Below, one piece after another: positions 24,976-37,900 of a stretch of 64,000 nt of DNA (position 1 is its first letter; each line of letters opens with the position of its first letter). Below the pieces are notes generated by a model, which did no database searches, was not told where the DNA came from, and saw only the letters and a program-made list of their open reading frames with translations. The DNA is from Lytechinus pictus (Eukaryota). The stretch is taken from contig NC_087259.1 in NCBI RefSeq assembly GCF_037042905.1, positions 16,306,001 through 16,370,000 of the forward strand, given 5' to 3'. The position numbers were made by a program, and so were the translations under genes.

Positions 24976-27900
24976 GGTTTAGTGTACAAAATTCTGACCA
25001 AAACATAACGGACTCCTCGAAGGACAGATAAATATTACAAAAAAAATGAAGGGTTGATGAGTTCATAAGGGCTCTTGCAACGCCATCTATTTTGGTAACA
25101 ACAATGACAACGATGGATGTTTTTTTTAAGTTTCATAACTTCATAGTCACAATGCAATTAAATTAATAACATTTAAAGCAGAAACACACTAAGCTCAAAT
25201 GCCTGGTACATTGCTCTACATCCCTACTTTATGTCATTAAATAATTATGATTTAATCGTGTTCTTTTTTTCTGTTTACATTTTCTTGTAAAAAAGTGTTC
25301 TGTAAGCGTGGTAAAATAGGCTTTAATATTGAGGGCTATATTTATGATCCCCTGCAAGATTCAGGCAAGTATCTTCAAACAGAAGATCCTTGACTCAGGA
25401 GATGCAAAAAAAAAAACATCAACGTGTATTGCTCTCTTGACACACTTATGCAGTCTCCTCCGAGACCGAAAACAAACTTTTTGGCTTAATCCTCTCTTGA
25501 AAGACATGGCAGGTAACATGTTACAAACCCACACCTGTCTGACATATGATCGACAAAAATCATATCCAAACCGATTAACTTCATTACGCCGGCTTTCCGC
25601 TCCAACGGTATAGAGGCAAGGTACCAAGCCCGGACGCATCAGGGTGAACTGTCGTCGGAAAAAGGGGGATCGAAACTAACCATGCTAACCGCCACACACA
25701 AGATCAAGGACGGGAGGCTTTATTTATAACTTCCATTATCTTGCGAAACGAGCATCAAGGAAGACCTTGAAATCGATACCTCGGAAGATCGGGAGAATGT
25801 TGGGAAGACCTTGTCTTAATGGAGAGTGCTATAAGGCTATGGGTTAGCCTGATAATTAAAGGATTCTCTAAATATACAAAGCGCGACCACCGCCCACATT
25901 TTAAATGTTTTGTTGCATAGGATTGGAACAGATGTTTGCCTGTGTTTTCGACAGTATTTCATGGCGTTGATGTTTTCTCCTCTCCTGTGTAATCAAACAC
26001 AGCCTTCGAAGTTTTTAGTGGAAAATCAATGTCGGTGCAAGTCTTGCTCTAATATCACATTGATTTATGAAGAGGTGCATGCCATTGGTAAGGGGAAATG
26101 GTTGAAAGGATTCAGCGATGGAGGTTGAAAATTACCTCCATGATCTCGCTGTAGTTTGTCTTACATTTTGTGTTTTTGAATTTCCTGTTTTATATATATA
26201 ACCCGCATCACAATGTTCGAAATTCATTATCCCGTCATCATTGTTGAAACTCTTTCTTCTTGTCATGCTGATATATCGTGAATGTTCCTCAAGTCATGTT
26301 TCCCCTGATCTTGTCGATCCGAAACATGTCCATAACATGACATCACCATTCTTCTTTTGCTCATTGTGAGTTATTTTCTTCCATCAAATTGATTAGCCCC
26401 CACGTTCTTTTCTTATATTTCCACTGATCTCCCCATTCCTTGTGGCAATTTAGGATGTGTATGTTCTGTAGAAGGTTACGGTAGGGTAGCTGTTTGCTAT
26501 TTGCGCTCAAAGGGGAACTTCTAATTTGCCAGATGACTGGTTTCGCAAATATGTTTGAAATGTGTTTTTCTAGATTTAAAGTACAGTATTACCAATTTAC
26601 CTTGTAACGTCTTAAACTAATAAAAGAGGAAATACGAAACCCCATTTTCCTGAGGATTTATTTGTCGTTTTCACCCTTTATAAGTAAATGATTGCTTAGT
26701 ATAAAATGACTGACCTTTTTGTCCATTTCATTTATTGTACCAAAGCTACGTGAAATAATCTTAAATAACACTCTTTTTGTCAATAAAATAGATACAAACG
26801 GTCCCCTTTGTGGTCCACCTTCCTTTCTCTCTTCTTTCCTTGTCTGCCCTTCTCCCTTGTTAATATCGTCTTCAAAACAATGATTATACTGACGCCAATT
26901 TTGTCATTGACAGTAATCTCCCCATGGATCTACCAGTCCCTGATCTTCCAGGCGTATCCAATTTGACGCTTTATTAACACAAAATTCGTTAATAGTTTTC
27001 TAAAGATGCAGGGTTGAAGCATGTCATCAACATGATCGAAATTTAAATCCCGAGTGTGGCTTCATGTTCATTTTTGTGGATTTAACATGTTTAAGATAAA
27101 GAAATCGTTCAATTTTCGGTTAGACTTAGCAAAGATTTCACATGTGTAATTCTTAAATGATTGCGGCCACTTTCGCACTTTCGAGGGAACCCAGTCCTCC
27201 GAAAGGAGGTCATGAACAAACCTCAGTCCTCGTAAACTGTAACCCAATAGAGACCAATTGGATGGTTATCAAGTTACATGGGGTTCATATGGAATTCAAA
27301 CTTGGTAATGACGTTCCTTTGTCGCCACGAGCTCAACACGTCTAAACCCAGGTGACACCTGAACGTGAAATACAAGTTTTCCTCCTCGAGAAATCTAATT
27401 CTAACGTAAGTGGTATACGTTCAGTAGATGTGTCACACGAGATGTAGATATACCAGAAGTATGCTCTGTTTTAAAAAGTTTGGCAAAATTAATTTTGTTG
27501 GCTGCAAATTTAGCCCAAACATGGTCAAGATCAGTTGGCTAATTTTTAAAAAAGAAGATGCTCCACAGCTGTTTGTCATATTCTAATCAACAGTTGTGGT
27601 CATATTGATATTGGGTTAAACTTACCTCTACATTGGATAAATTCTTTTCAGTATAACATAGGTAAACTTGGGAAAACTTAACCACATGTTAGATAATTAC
27701 GTACTAATATTTGTTAATAATTGGTCAATAAGAATGAGCACTGATTGGGCAAGTTTCACTCACCAAAAGCAAATCAATTCTAGTGAACACAAACACAATT
27801 TGGGCAATATGTGCTGAACAGACAACTTACGAGACTTACATTTAGGCAGAATAAATCTTATATTAATTTTACTGGTCTGATCTTTGTACAGTACTACAGG

Positions 27901-30577
27901 AATATACCCTTTTTCCAAAATTTCATCTCATATGAAGTCAGTGTAAGTATACCTATGTGCAAATAGTACAGCTTAAGACAGACTACCTAGGCATAAATTT
28001 CAGCTCGTTATTTAAATTGTAATAACATAAGTTCACTAAGCTGGTGCAAATGGCCTATGTCTTTTTTAGCTCCTTGGTCCCATAGTACAATGAAAGAAGG
28101 CCAGCCCGACAATCGGTTCTATCGCTAAATTTGGATGAACGTGACAAAAAAATGGTGTCAGATTTTAGCTCAATAAGCAATAATTCTATGGCCAGTTTGG
28201 AAATCGTAAATTCTGAACATCATGTGCATTTATGAATATAGCTTGCCTGCCAATAAGCTAAGAGAATATCCTTGCCCAAATTAAATATTTTATCTGTCTG
28301 ATCTTCTTCGCCTCACGCTGAGAAACCTTGACTTCTATCAAACAAGTTATCGCCATGTTGTGATGTTGCACGGTGGGATAGCTCTGAGATAGATACCGAA
28401 GAGGGTGATATGTCCTCGATGTCTCCTTGGGAGTACAAATAAACAAGATAAACAAGTAAACAATAAATAGCTGCAAAAAAAAGAAACTTGACATTTTCTG
28501 AAAGTAGAAGGTGGACATGTGGACTGGAAAGAGGAAGTAAAACAAGCAAATGACTTTTCCCGTAAGATGTACTGTAGTTTGTTATAAAAAAAAGCCAATA
28601 CGCGACCTACAGAAATAAGTAAAATCTAATTCGTTATATATTGTCACTCTGTACGCGAAATTTTAATAACATCAATAACTTTAGCAGGACAGTGAATATA
28701 AATGGTTAATAGTGGGGAAATACTAATGCATCGCTTTGTGTTTTCGAGTATGTTTCATTGTTTAGAAGAATACCATTGATTGCATCCCCAAAACCATATA
28801 TAAGTAGCTCTATGATATTGCGGGATTGTGTGTGTGGGTGTATTTTTGAGTGAGAGAANNNNNNNNNNNNNNNNNNNNNNNNNNNNNNNNNNNNNNNNNN
28901 NNNNNNNNNNNNNNNNNNNNNNNNNNNNNNNNNNNNNNNNNNNNNNNNNNNNNNNNNNNNNNNNNNNNNNNNNNNNNNNNNNNNNNNNNNNNNNNNNNNN
29001 NNNNNNNNNNNNNNNNNNNNNNNNNNNNNNNNNNNNNNNNNNNNNNNNNNNNNNNNNNNNNNNNNNNNNNNNNNNNNNNNNNNNNNNNNNNNNNNNNNNN
29101 NNNNNNNNNNNNNNNNNNNNNNNNNNNNNNNNNNNNNNNNNNNNNNNNNNNNNNNNNNNNNNNNNNNNNNNNNNNNNNNNNNNNNNNNNNNNNNNNNNNN
29201 NNNNNNNNNNNNNNNNNNNNNNNNNNNNNNNNNNNNNNNNNNNNNNNNNNNNNNCGAAATGTTGATTGATCCATTTTGTTTCATTTAGTGACGTGTATGG
29301 ATCACGGGCGAATGTGTTTGAGAGTTACTTGTCAGTATCCTGCAAGCAAGACACATATTTTGTTTAGGCTTCAACATAAAGTAAGAAAAACAACACCTGT
29401 AAGATAGAAAAACGTGGGAACGATAATGCTTCTTGTTTGAATGTGTTATGTACTTGTTTGCAAGAAATACACTAGTTCGATTAATCTGAACTGTATGCAA
29501 TGTCGACAACAAAGGAGATGTACAAATACGATTCTCAAAGCCAGGCTATATGAATCTGACCGCAACACGAATTCGAATGATAAATCACATGGTGTAGGAC
29601 ATAAAATATTTTATGAATAAAACACAAAACTGGTGTAAACTTGTTAACTTCTACATTCACAGTTTTCTTTTCTGTGTTGACGTAAGACGGAGGGATTCTT
29701 TATTTAACATGTTTAAAGAAATAGTAGAACTAGAAGTCTTTCGAAAGAGCTTTGAACAAACAAAGAGGGTTTTATTTGGGGGAAAACCCCTCAGAAGTCT
29801 TGAATTAAGAGAACTGCACCACCCCCCGAAAAAAAAAAAAAACAAACAAACAAACAAATGGTATATGTGTTTGTGCCCTTGTGCTAGTGATATTTAAAGA
29901 TGTGATTTTTTTGTAACTGAAACTTTCTGAAAACAGGCAAAGGTCTTTATACAACCCCCCGTAAATTTGTTCATTGGAATGTTCCATTTTGCAAAGATTT
30001 ATGAACAAAACTTATATGTATTTAGGCTAAGTGAAATGATATATGCATTGCACAACGAAGTCTTGCCATGTCGTCCTTTTAATGTTTGCGCCTTATATTT
30101 CAATATGATGCGCGAAATTTCCGTTTTCTCCAGCAAATTAGGCCAGAGATCAAACACATGACATTATTGACAGCGAACAAGCTGAGATCGGTGTTATCTT
30201 CGGAAGGGCCTTTCTGTTCTCTGGTTACCTTGCCACGCAAGAACTACCTGAGAAGTGTTACACGAAGCAAGTTGTAACTGATATTTACTGACTAATTTGC
30301 TCTGAACCAATGCGGTGCAATGATTTCAGGAGCTTACAACAAAAAGTCAGCAAGAGTCACTGGCAATCTGTTTCATGAAATGCTCACCCGTTGTGTGGTT
30401 GTCTTGCCACACTGGACTTACCAGATAGTCTCCACATGCAGCATATACCTAACAATTCTAAAATCAATTCAGGATTGTTTTATATAATGCTTGGAGTTAA
30501 TATATCTTTGTTAGACTATATTTAGGTCAGAAGTTCGGTGTATATGATATATAAATATGCATGGTCACAAGCAAGGT

Positions 30578-31253
30578 CCCGGGGGGGCCACTTACATTGA
30601 CGAGTGGATACCATGCGCGACCAAAAAAACACGTAAAAGGGATGTCTTTTTCAAGATAGGGCACGTTACGTACGTAACGTGATAAGGGTGTCAAAAACAC
30701 AAAAATATTGAAAAAAGGGTATCTATTTTGCCCGGAAAAATATACGTGTTTAGGGTCAAATGTGCGGGGATGATAAAACACTAAATCAAAATGTTTTATA
30801 AAGGATGTCCTTTTTGCCCCAACACTACGTGTTTAGAGTCCGATTTGCGCGAGGTGTGGAAGATGGAGCCGTACTTAACCAAAATAATGGTGTCTAAAGG
30901 TAAAACCGACGACCGACGGACGCGTGACATAAAAATAAAATATATATGTACTTGTTTAGGGGTTCATTTCAGGGAATACTTGCTAAGAGTATCGTTTTGT
31001 TTCCAATACTTGTTAAGGGGTGCATTTTCAGAATATGGAAAATACATCGCTGTACTTGTTTAGGGGCTCAGTTCTGGGAATACTTGCCATAGTATTTGTT
31101 TCCAATACTTGTTAAGGGTAGGGTTTCACACGCCAATACTTGTTAAGGGGTTCATTTTCAGAATATGGAAAATACGTGTTTAGGGTGCTTCTCAAGACCC
31201 CGTGGTCGCGCATGGTATCCACTCGTCAATGGAAGTGCCCCCCCCCCCCCGGG
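30578..31253. mobile_element. Non-autonomous DNA transposon with ~45-bp TIRs and 8-bp TSD
   Basis: Ends CCCGGGGGGGCCACTTACATTGACGAGTGGATACCATGCGCGACC / GGTCGCGCATGGTATCCACTCGTCAATGGAAGTGCCCC..CGGG. Exact TSD AGCAAGGT at 30570-30577 and 31254-31261. Internal aatacttgttaagg repeats. Confidence 0.92.
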
Positions 31254-32774
31254 AGCAAGGTGCAGTCTTAGAATCAAAACATATTTGTAAAGAACATGAA
31301 CAAAACACAGGTTTGGGTGTGTGTTAACACTGCAGACCAATGGCTCATGGTCTCCAACCATGCCAGCCTGCCATGTCTGCAGTGGTTGTTACAGCCGTGA
31401 GTGCTGCTGTGTCGAAACTTTACTTTAAAATATCCAGAAAAGGATCTTACTAGTGGTTACACACTCAATATGAATTTTTGATCAGAGATCTCTTTTATCT
31501 TCCAAAGTGTGCGCGCGTGTGTGCTTTATATATAGATACACACACAAACTACACTCCACACACGCCCAGACTTGGTAAGTGCAATTAAAAATATCACTGT
31601 ATAATATACAATTCTCAGAACGGACATCTAACGATATATTGATAAAAATATTAGATCCAGATAAAGACTTATTAAAATGTATGTATACAAAAAATCACTG
31701 GCGGCTGTAGGTCTGTCAGCCAAAAAACAAAAACAAAATATTAAAATACGACTAGAAAGAAATAAGAGATATGAAAAAAAAAATCACATTCTGGAAATGG
31801 TGAATAAGATTGCCCTTCCAATTTTCTTGTAATGAAAAGCTGCCTGTGGTTGCCCGGCGGGGAAGGAGGGAAACGTTGGTTTTATTATGGAAAGGAGAGG
31901 GGATGAATAATTTCGATAATACTGACGCGTTGACAGTTATCTGTCATTAATTATCCCATCAAATCGTTACCAAGAACTCGTAATATCTCTGACCCTCTCA
32001 GTCTTGACAACCAACCCCATCCAAAAAGATTACCCAATTAAAATTGACACGCGTGTATTAACGAGATATACACCCAGCTCATGAGGCTAGGGGCCAGAAT
32101 CCGCCCCGGGTTGCGATCGCGGTTTCGGAGCGTTACACATTACATGAGGATTTTCTTCCTGAGAACAAGAAGCAGCCAGGATATGATACAATCCCGTGAT
32201 TATCCCATTTTTAGAGCCACCGAAATTCGATTAAACTCCCATTTTTTTTCTCGTCACACGAATCAGAAACTTCCAATTATTGTAACCATGGCAATATACA
32301 ATTACCGATCGCAATCATTGCTAATATATCAAATAGGATGTTCCGGGAGAAAGGACAAATTAATTGTCGGGTGTTCTATTCGTACATTTAGTTTCATGAA
32401 AGTATATACTTTAGAGCATGTAGTCCCAAAAGCAGTACAGCAATTATTATCAGGATGTAGAAGTGACCAAAATATGTCTCACAGTCTCTCATGAGGCGAT
32501 AGCAATTTCAAACGAGAAATAAGACTCTATCAAGTCTATTTATATGTGGGATGATTTCAGAAGACTGTATAATTTATGAATAAATAACATGCATTAAGTA
32601 TGTTTACATGATTAAGCCGTACAGAGGGAATGTTACTTAATGATGAGCTCTAAATGTCAAAATTTTTAAACACCTATTTATAATTGAATTTTTTTTTTAT
32701 GATGGTGCTAAAAGTAGAATCGAAAGCAGAAATTCATAGGGTGAATGTCATGCACTTTGCTACATTGGAGCTAA

Positions 32775-34995
32775 TTGATTGATTTGATTTATTTCATTTC
32801 TTTTCTTTCCATTTTTCACATACAAGTCAAAAATACATAAATACAATTACAAAAATGAACAAAAGTAACGACCTTACATTTGCAAAGATTGGGTAATTAT
32901 ACGAACAAAATACGATACTTATATCCTCATTTTATAAATCTTAACATTCTTAAAAGCATGAGTATTCGTGTGTATGTTAAAAAAGAAAGGGGTGAAATGA
33001 AAAGAGAGACCAGCTGAGAAGCTAGGCTTGTTGGACGCTGATCTCTCGAATTCGTAATTAATGTAAATAACGTAATATAATGTAAACTTGGTAAATGATC
33101 ATTCGAATCAAGGGAACATAAATAGTAGGAAAATCGCTGAACATATGGAAGATAAATGCATGGTCATGGATGATATAACAAAAAAAAAAAAAAAAAACAA
33201 ACAAACAAAACAAAACAAAAGAAACAGAACAATGGACGGGGGACAAGGAGAAAGAATAAGATACAAAAAAAAAAAAAAAAAAAAAAAAACGATAAGGAAA
33301 AGACAAATAAGGAAAAGGGAGTGGGGGAAAGGGGTCGGGGGGAGGTGGGATCTGTATGATTATCAAGTAATTGTGGTTTGTTGTGAGTAGGGGGCAAGTA
33401 GTGATTTTTTAACCTTAAGTTTAAATGTACCTATACTTAAGCTCTCTCTCGTATTTAGGGGAAGGGAATTCCAAAATTTGGGGGCAGTAAATATAAAAGT
33501 GTTCTGTGTAAATGCTGTACGAGTCCTTGGCAGATGATACAAATTGATTTGTCTAGTTGGGTAACGGTGAATTTCATTATTGACTCGAAATATGTTGTTA
33601 AAAATGGAGGGTAACCCTTGGTTGTTATACTGATACCTAAGAATCGCAAGATTCAATCGATAAATATCGTAAATTTTTAGAATATTGTTTGATTGGAAAA
33701 GACCGTCTGTATGATGTCTAAAATCAACCTGATTTATGATCCGCATAGCTTATTTTTGTAAGAGTAATACTTTATTTAACATATATGTTGCACTGTTTCC
33801 CCAGGCGAGTATTCCGTAATTCAAGTGGGGTAAAACTAATGTTGAATATAAAGATTTCAGAATGTTAGGGGGGAATACCCATTTGAGCTTGTTTATTACA
33901 CCAACATTTCTAGATATTACCTTACATATATTATTAATGTGATATTTCCATGAAAGTTTGTCATCAATGAATGTACCTAAACATTTTGTTGTAGTTGCCT
34001 GTTTTATTTGTATGTTATCTATTAGAATTGGATAAGGTAGTTCATTAAATGTGTTGCTAAATAGCATGAAATTAGTTTTCTCTAGATTTAGGGATAATTT
34101 GTTGGCCTTAACCCATGTTGACACAAAGTTTAATTCGGAGTTGACTATCTGATAAAGAGTTTCTATGTTTGTGTGTGAAAGAAAAAGATTGGTATCATCT
34201 GCATACATAATAAATGAAAATAAGTCCGAGGATCTGTTAAAGTCGTTGATATAAAGTATGAAAAGCAGCGGGCCAAGTATGGAACCCTGAGGGACACCAC
34301 AATCAATATTTCTCAATTGTGACTCATGATTTTCAATGCTAACATATTGTTGGCGTTCGTGTAAATAATTACGGAACCAGTCTAACACAATGCCTCTAAT
34401 ACCATAATGTGACAGTTTATATAAAATAATTTGGTGATCTATTGTGTCGAACGCTTTAGAAAAATCTAAAAACATTCCTATCGTATGGGAGCCTTTGTCA
34501 AAAGATTTAGCTACTTTGTTGATTAGGGACAAGATAGCATGAGATGTATTATGATGTTTTCTAAAACCAAACTGACAACAAGTTAGAATTTCGTTATTAT
34601 TCAAAAAGTCAATTGTACGTGAAAAAACTATCTTTTCTAATATTTTTGAAAAAGTTGATAATAATGATATGGGTCTGTAGTTTGATATTAAAAGAGGATC
34701 CCCTTTTTTAAAAATCGGTATTATCTTGGCTAATTTCATTCTATTTGGAAAAACACCAGTTCTCAAAGACAAATTACAAATATAAGTAAAAGGTTCAATA
34801 ATACAAGAAATAATATTTTTCGTTATGGCATTATCAAAACCGTCATGTCCACAACTCCGTTTGCTATGTAAATTATTAACTATATCAAGAATTTCACTCT
34901 CATCCACCGGGGCAAAAAGCATAGAATTCGGGTTAGGATTAGGTAAATATTCATGAAAACTTTTGTTACTGTCTGGTATCTTACTGGCTAAACAT
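32775..34995 (-). mobile_element. 5'-truncated non-LTR retrotransposon (CR1/L2-group) with RT domain and 3' UTR
   Basis: RT motifs YRPISLL, QFGFR, FLDFSKAFDT, GVPQGSILGP and YADD. One in-frame stop at 33750-33752 (LQK*AMRII). (AAATC/AATC)n 3' tail at ~32775-32800. Confidence 0.93.
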
Positions 34996-37900
34996 CTAAT
35001 CGATGTTATTAGATCGTAAATAACGGTAATATAAATCATCATGTAAATATAAATATATATGGGGTGAACCTGCATTTTTATCATGATTACAAGTTAAATT
35101 TTTTTGTTTTATGGAAATGGAAGTGATGAGATAAATTCCGTGAAAGTCTAAACAAACACCGCGATAGATCAAAGGACCTCTTGAAATTTATCCGACCTTC
35201 CCCATAAAGAAACGTTAATGTCATTCATCTTCATCGGTGTTCAAAATAGAAATAATACTTACCAAATCTAAGACATGTTTTATGAACGGATAAAGATAGC
35301 GCTTAGAATGTTAGCAATCATGGAAAAATGAAGAGAGCGATTGTTAGATGATAACTTAGCGATAGAGGAATAGTGCACGTCCACGAAATTACATTTAAGA
35401 TTTTCACTATCTTAAGGCGAAACAAAATAAATTGAATAACATTTTTGTTACAAAGGTCTAGTAAAAAAAAGCAAAGAATATGAAGGAAATATACTTACAC
35501 CCAGGGAAAGTTGGTTTAAAAAGTTCGTTTTCTGTGGTAAAATTTATGAGATTTGCGAAAAAAAAACATTCTCAATTAACGCTTTTTATTTGGTCCCATA
35601 GGACAAATATTCATTAAGAAGTCGCAATCTAAAGGAGATAACTTGCTATCAGTTATACATTCTAGCTTTAATAGGTATTTAAAAAAATGTGTTTTACAGA
35701 TATTTATTCTCAGGAGCACACTCAGAGCCTGTATAGAATGCAAAGATCCCACTGAAATAAAGACGTAATTCCAGGGTTCGAACCAATGGCTTTTCTACTT
35801 CATGTCACAAAGCGGACGCTATAGCCATGGTAGCCGATACAATTCTGCAAGTCAGTCTCCATCATGTTAATGCTTTTGCTTCAGAAAATCCAGGTTCAAA
35901 TAAAAGAATAAAGAAATATTCTTAAAAAACCAAGATAAAGTCAAAGAATAAGCATTATTATACTGAAAGAATATTATGTAGACACGAGTAGAGAGATAAA
36001 ACATCGGATCTCTTCCTCGCTGAAAGTATTTTAGAGGTTTTACAAAACTTTTCTTGAGAAAGAATTCGTGACGAACAATGAAAAATGCCCAAACCCATGA
36101 CAGCGACCGGATATATTGCAAATGAATGAATGAGATTTCTGATATTGGGTAATTTTGAAAAACTCTGAAACGGAAACGTGGTGAATATTCGATTGGGAAA
36201 TGCGTCATGATTTTTTATACAGGCACGGAGAGACTTGATAAGTCGTCTTGCAAGATCTGATCACGGACCATGAATGGTGTAACTTTGAATTTACTTTAGC
36301 CATGGAGGGAGCCTCTTGTCGAGGCCCTTGCGGCTGCTCTGGGTTTGTGATTATGATCCCTTGCTTCGCTCGGGATCGCCAGGTATATGAAACGGTCCCA
36401 TTTTGTTTTCCGTAACGCATAAAAAAGGAAAAAGGAAGAGGGTTAGAAATTAGTCAATTTATTTGAAGCTGCATAAAGAACCCTCGGTAGAGTAGGGATA
36501 TCCCCCATTTTGATTTTGCAAACTTTTCCTGTATTATTTTGTTTGTATTGTTACTTGTCTTTTCAACTGAAATAAAAATTCAAAGATGTTTTTATTTCCC
36601 TCCAGTCGACGCAAGCAAAAGGTATATGGAACGGGTCCGATGGTGTTTCGTGACACTTTAAAGAGAAAGGGGGTAAAAGGATAGAAATTAGTCAAAGGTA
36701 AGTGGAAGAAGAAAGGAAAACGTACATTATTGAAACATCTGCACAGGAAAGCAGACAAGGATTTGATTGCACAATAAACCAAACTAAATCATTGTCTGCC
36801 GAGCTTGAGGCCTCATTGGATTAACCCCTTGTGTAACGAGATTAAGATCTCAGGTGGATGTTTCATAAAGCTGTCCCGAAGTTTCAATCGACTGTATGAA
36901 CGGCTGGTGATCCTTTCGCAGGTGCTAAATCAACGTCAATGAAGAGTATTTGTCACAAGAAAGGATCCCAAATCGTTCATAAAGTCGGTCGTAACTTAAG
37001 AACAGCCTTATGAAATGCCACCGGGTGTGCAGGAGAGGTGGGTGGGTGCAGCTCTGGAGCTGGATGGGTTAACGGTTCTTGGTAGCTCTGGGATCGGTTT
37101 GTCACGACTTGAAAACAGTTCAGCAGGACTGAACGGAAGGAACTATTCATGTGATCCAGGTGCGCCTTGTTGAAACATTACACATGAGATGGTATCATTG
37201 TCGAGCTCTAAAGTTATATCAAGAAATAAAAGTTAATGTTCGAAATGAGATGTGTGGATGTAGATACACATCTCAGGTGACTGGATGATGTCTGAGACTA
37301 TCGTCCGTAGATCCAACATGGAGTATACGTTTACGTATATACCATGACTCGAATTTACTAAAGGCCGAGAAACGCAAAATGAATGAATACCCAAAATGTC
37401 ATAACTATAAAGGATTAAAAATTACATCTAGACTGAACGAAAATGTAGACGTAATCTCCTGAAAAAAAATTTCGGGGCTGCCCCGGGGGCTGCCATGAAT
37501 GGGCGGATGAAACAAATTATTGTTAAGGGGAAAGTGATTAAAATTATACCGAAGAAGACAAAAAAAACCCATAATGGATAATAATTATCTTTGAAACCCA
37601 GATGAAAAGAAAAACACGCAATTCGATTTTCTATAAATACGATGATGTGGAGAAAACACTTTATAAATGCACGCGTGAGTATGGGTACGCAAAGGAGGGT
37701 GTGCGTACGTGTTAGGGGCTCCACTCCTAATCTCCATTACCCTACGGAATTTATCCACATGATAATGCAATATGTAGGTTCACTTAGCACAACATGAATA
37801 AATCGCATGGATATTAACAGATTGATGCGTGGCGGGCGTGTGGAAATGCTGAAACTTATCCCAGGTATGCATGGAGAATGTCCAATTAGTGGGCGTAGGC

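Noticed and set aside
25498-25520. miR-71-like seed match TGAAAGACATGG
   Set aside because: The match ends after ~12 nt and there is no convincing precursor hairpin.
25329-25730. Overlapping short ORFs in intron 1
   Set aside because: No recognisable motifs or consistent splice boundaries.
28706-29284. ORFs spanning N runs (also 2867, 14339, 46878)
   Set aside because: Artefacts of assembly gaps.
34996-35084. N-terminus of the 444-aa RT ORF
   Set aside because: Flanking AT-rich DNA fortuitously in frame with a 5'-truncated LINE.
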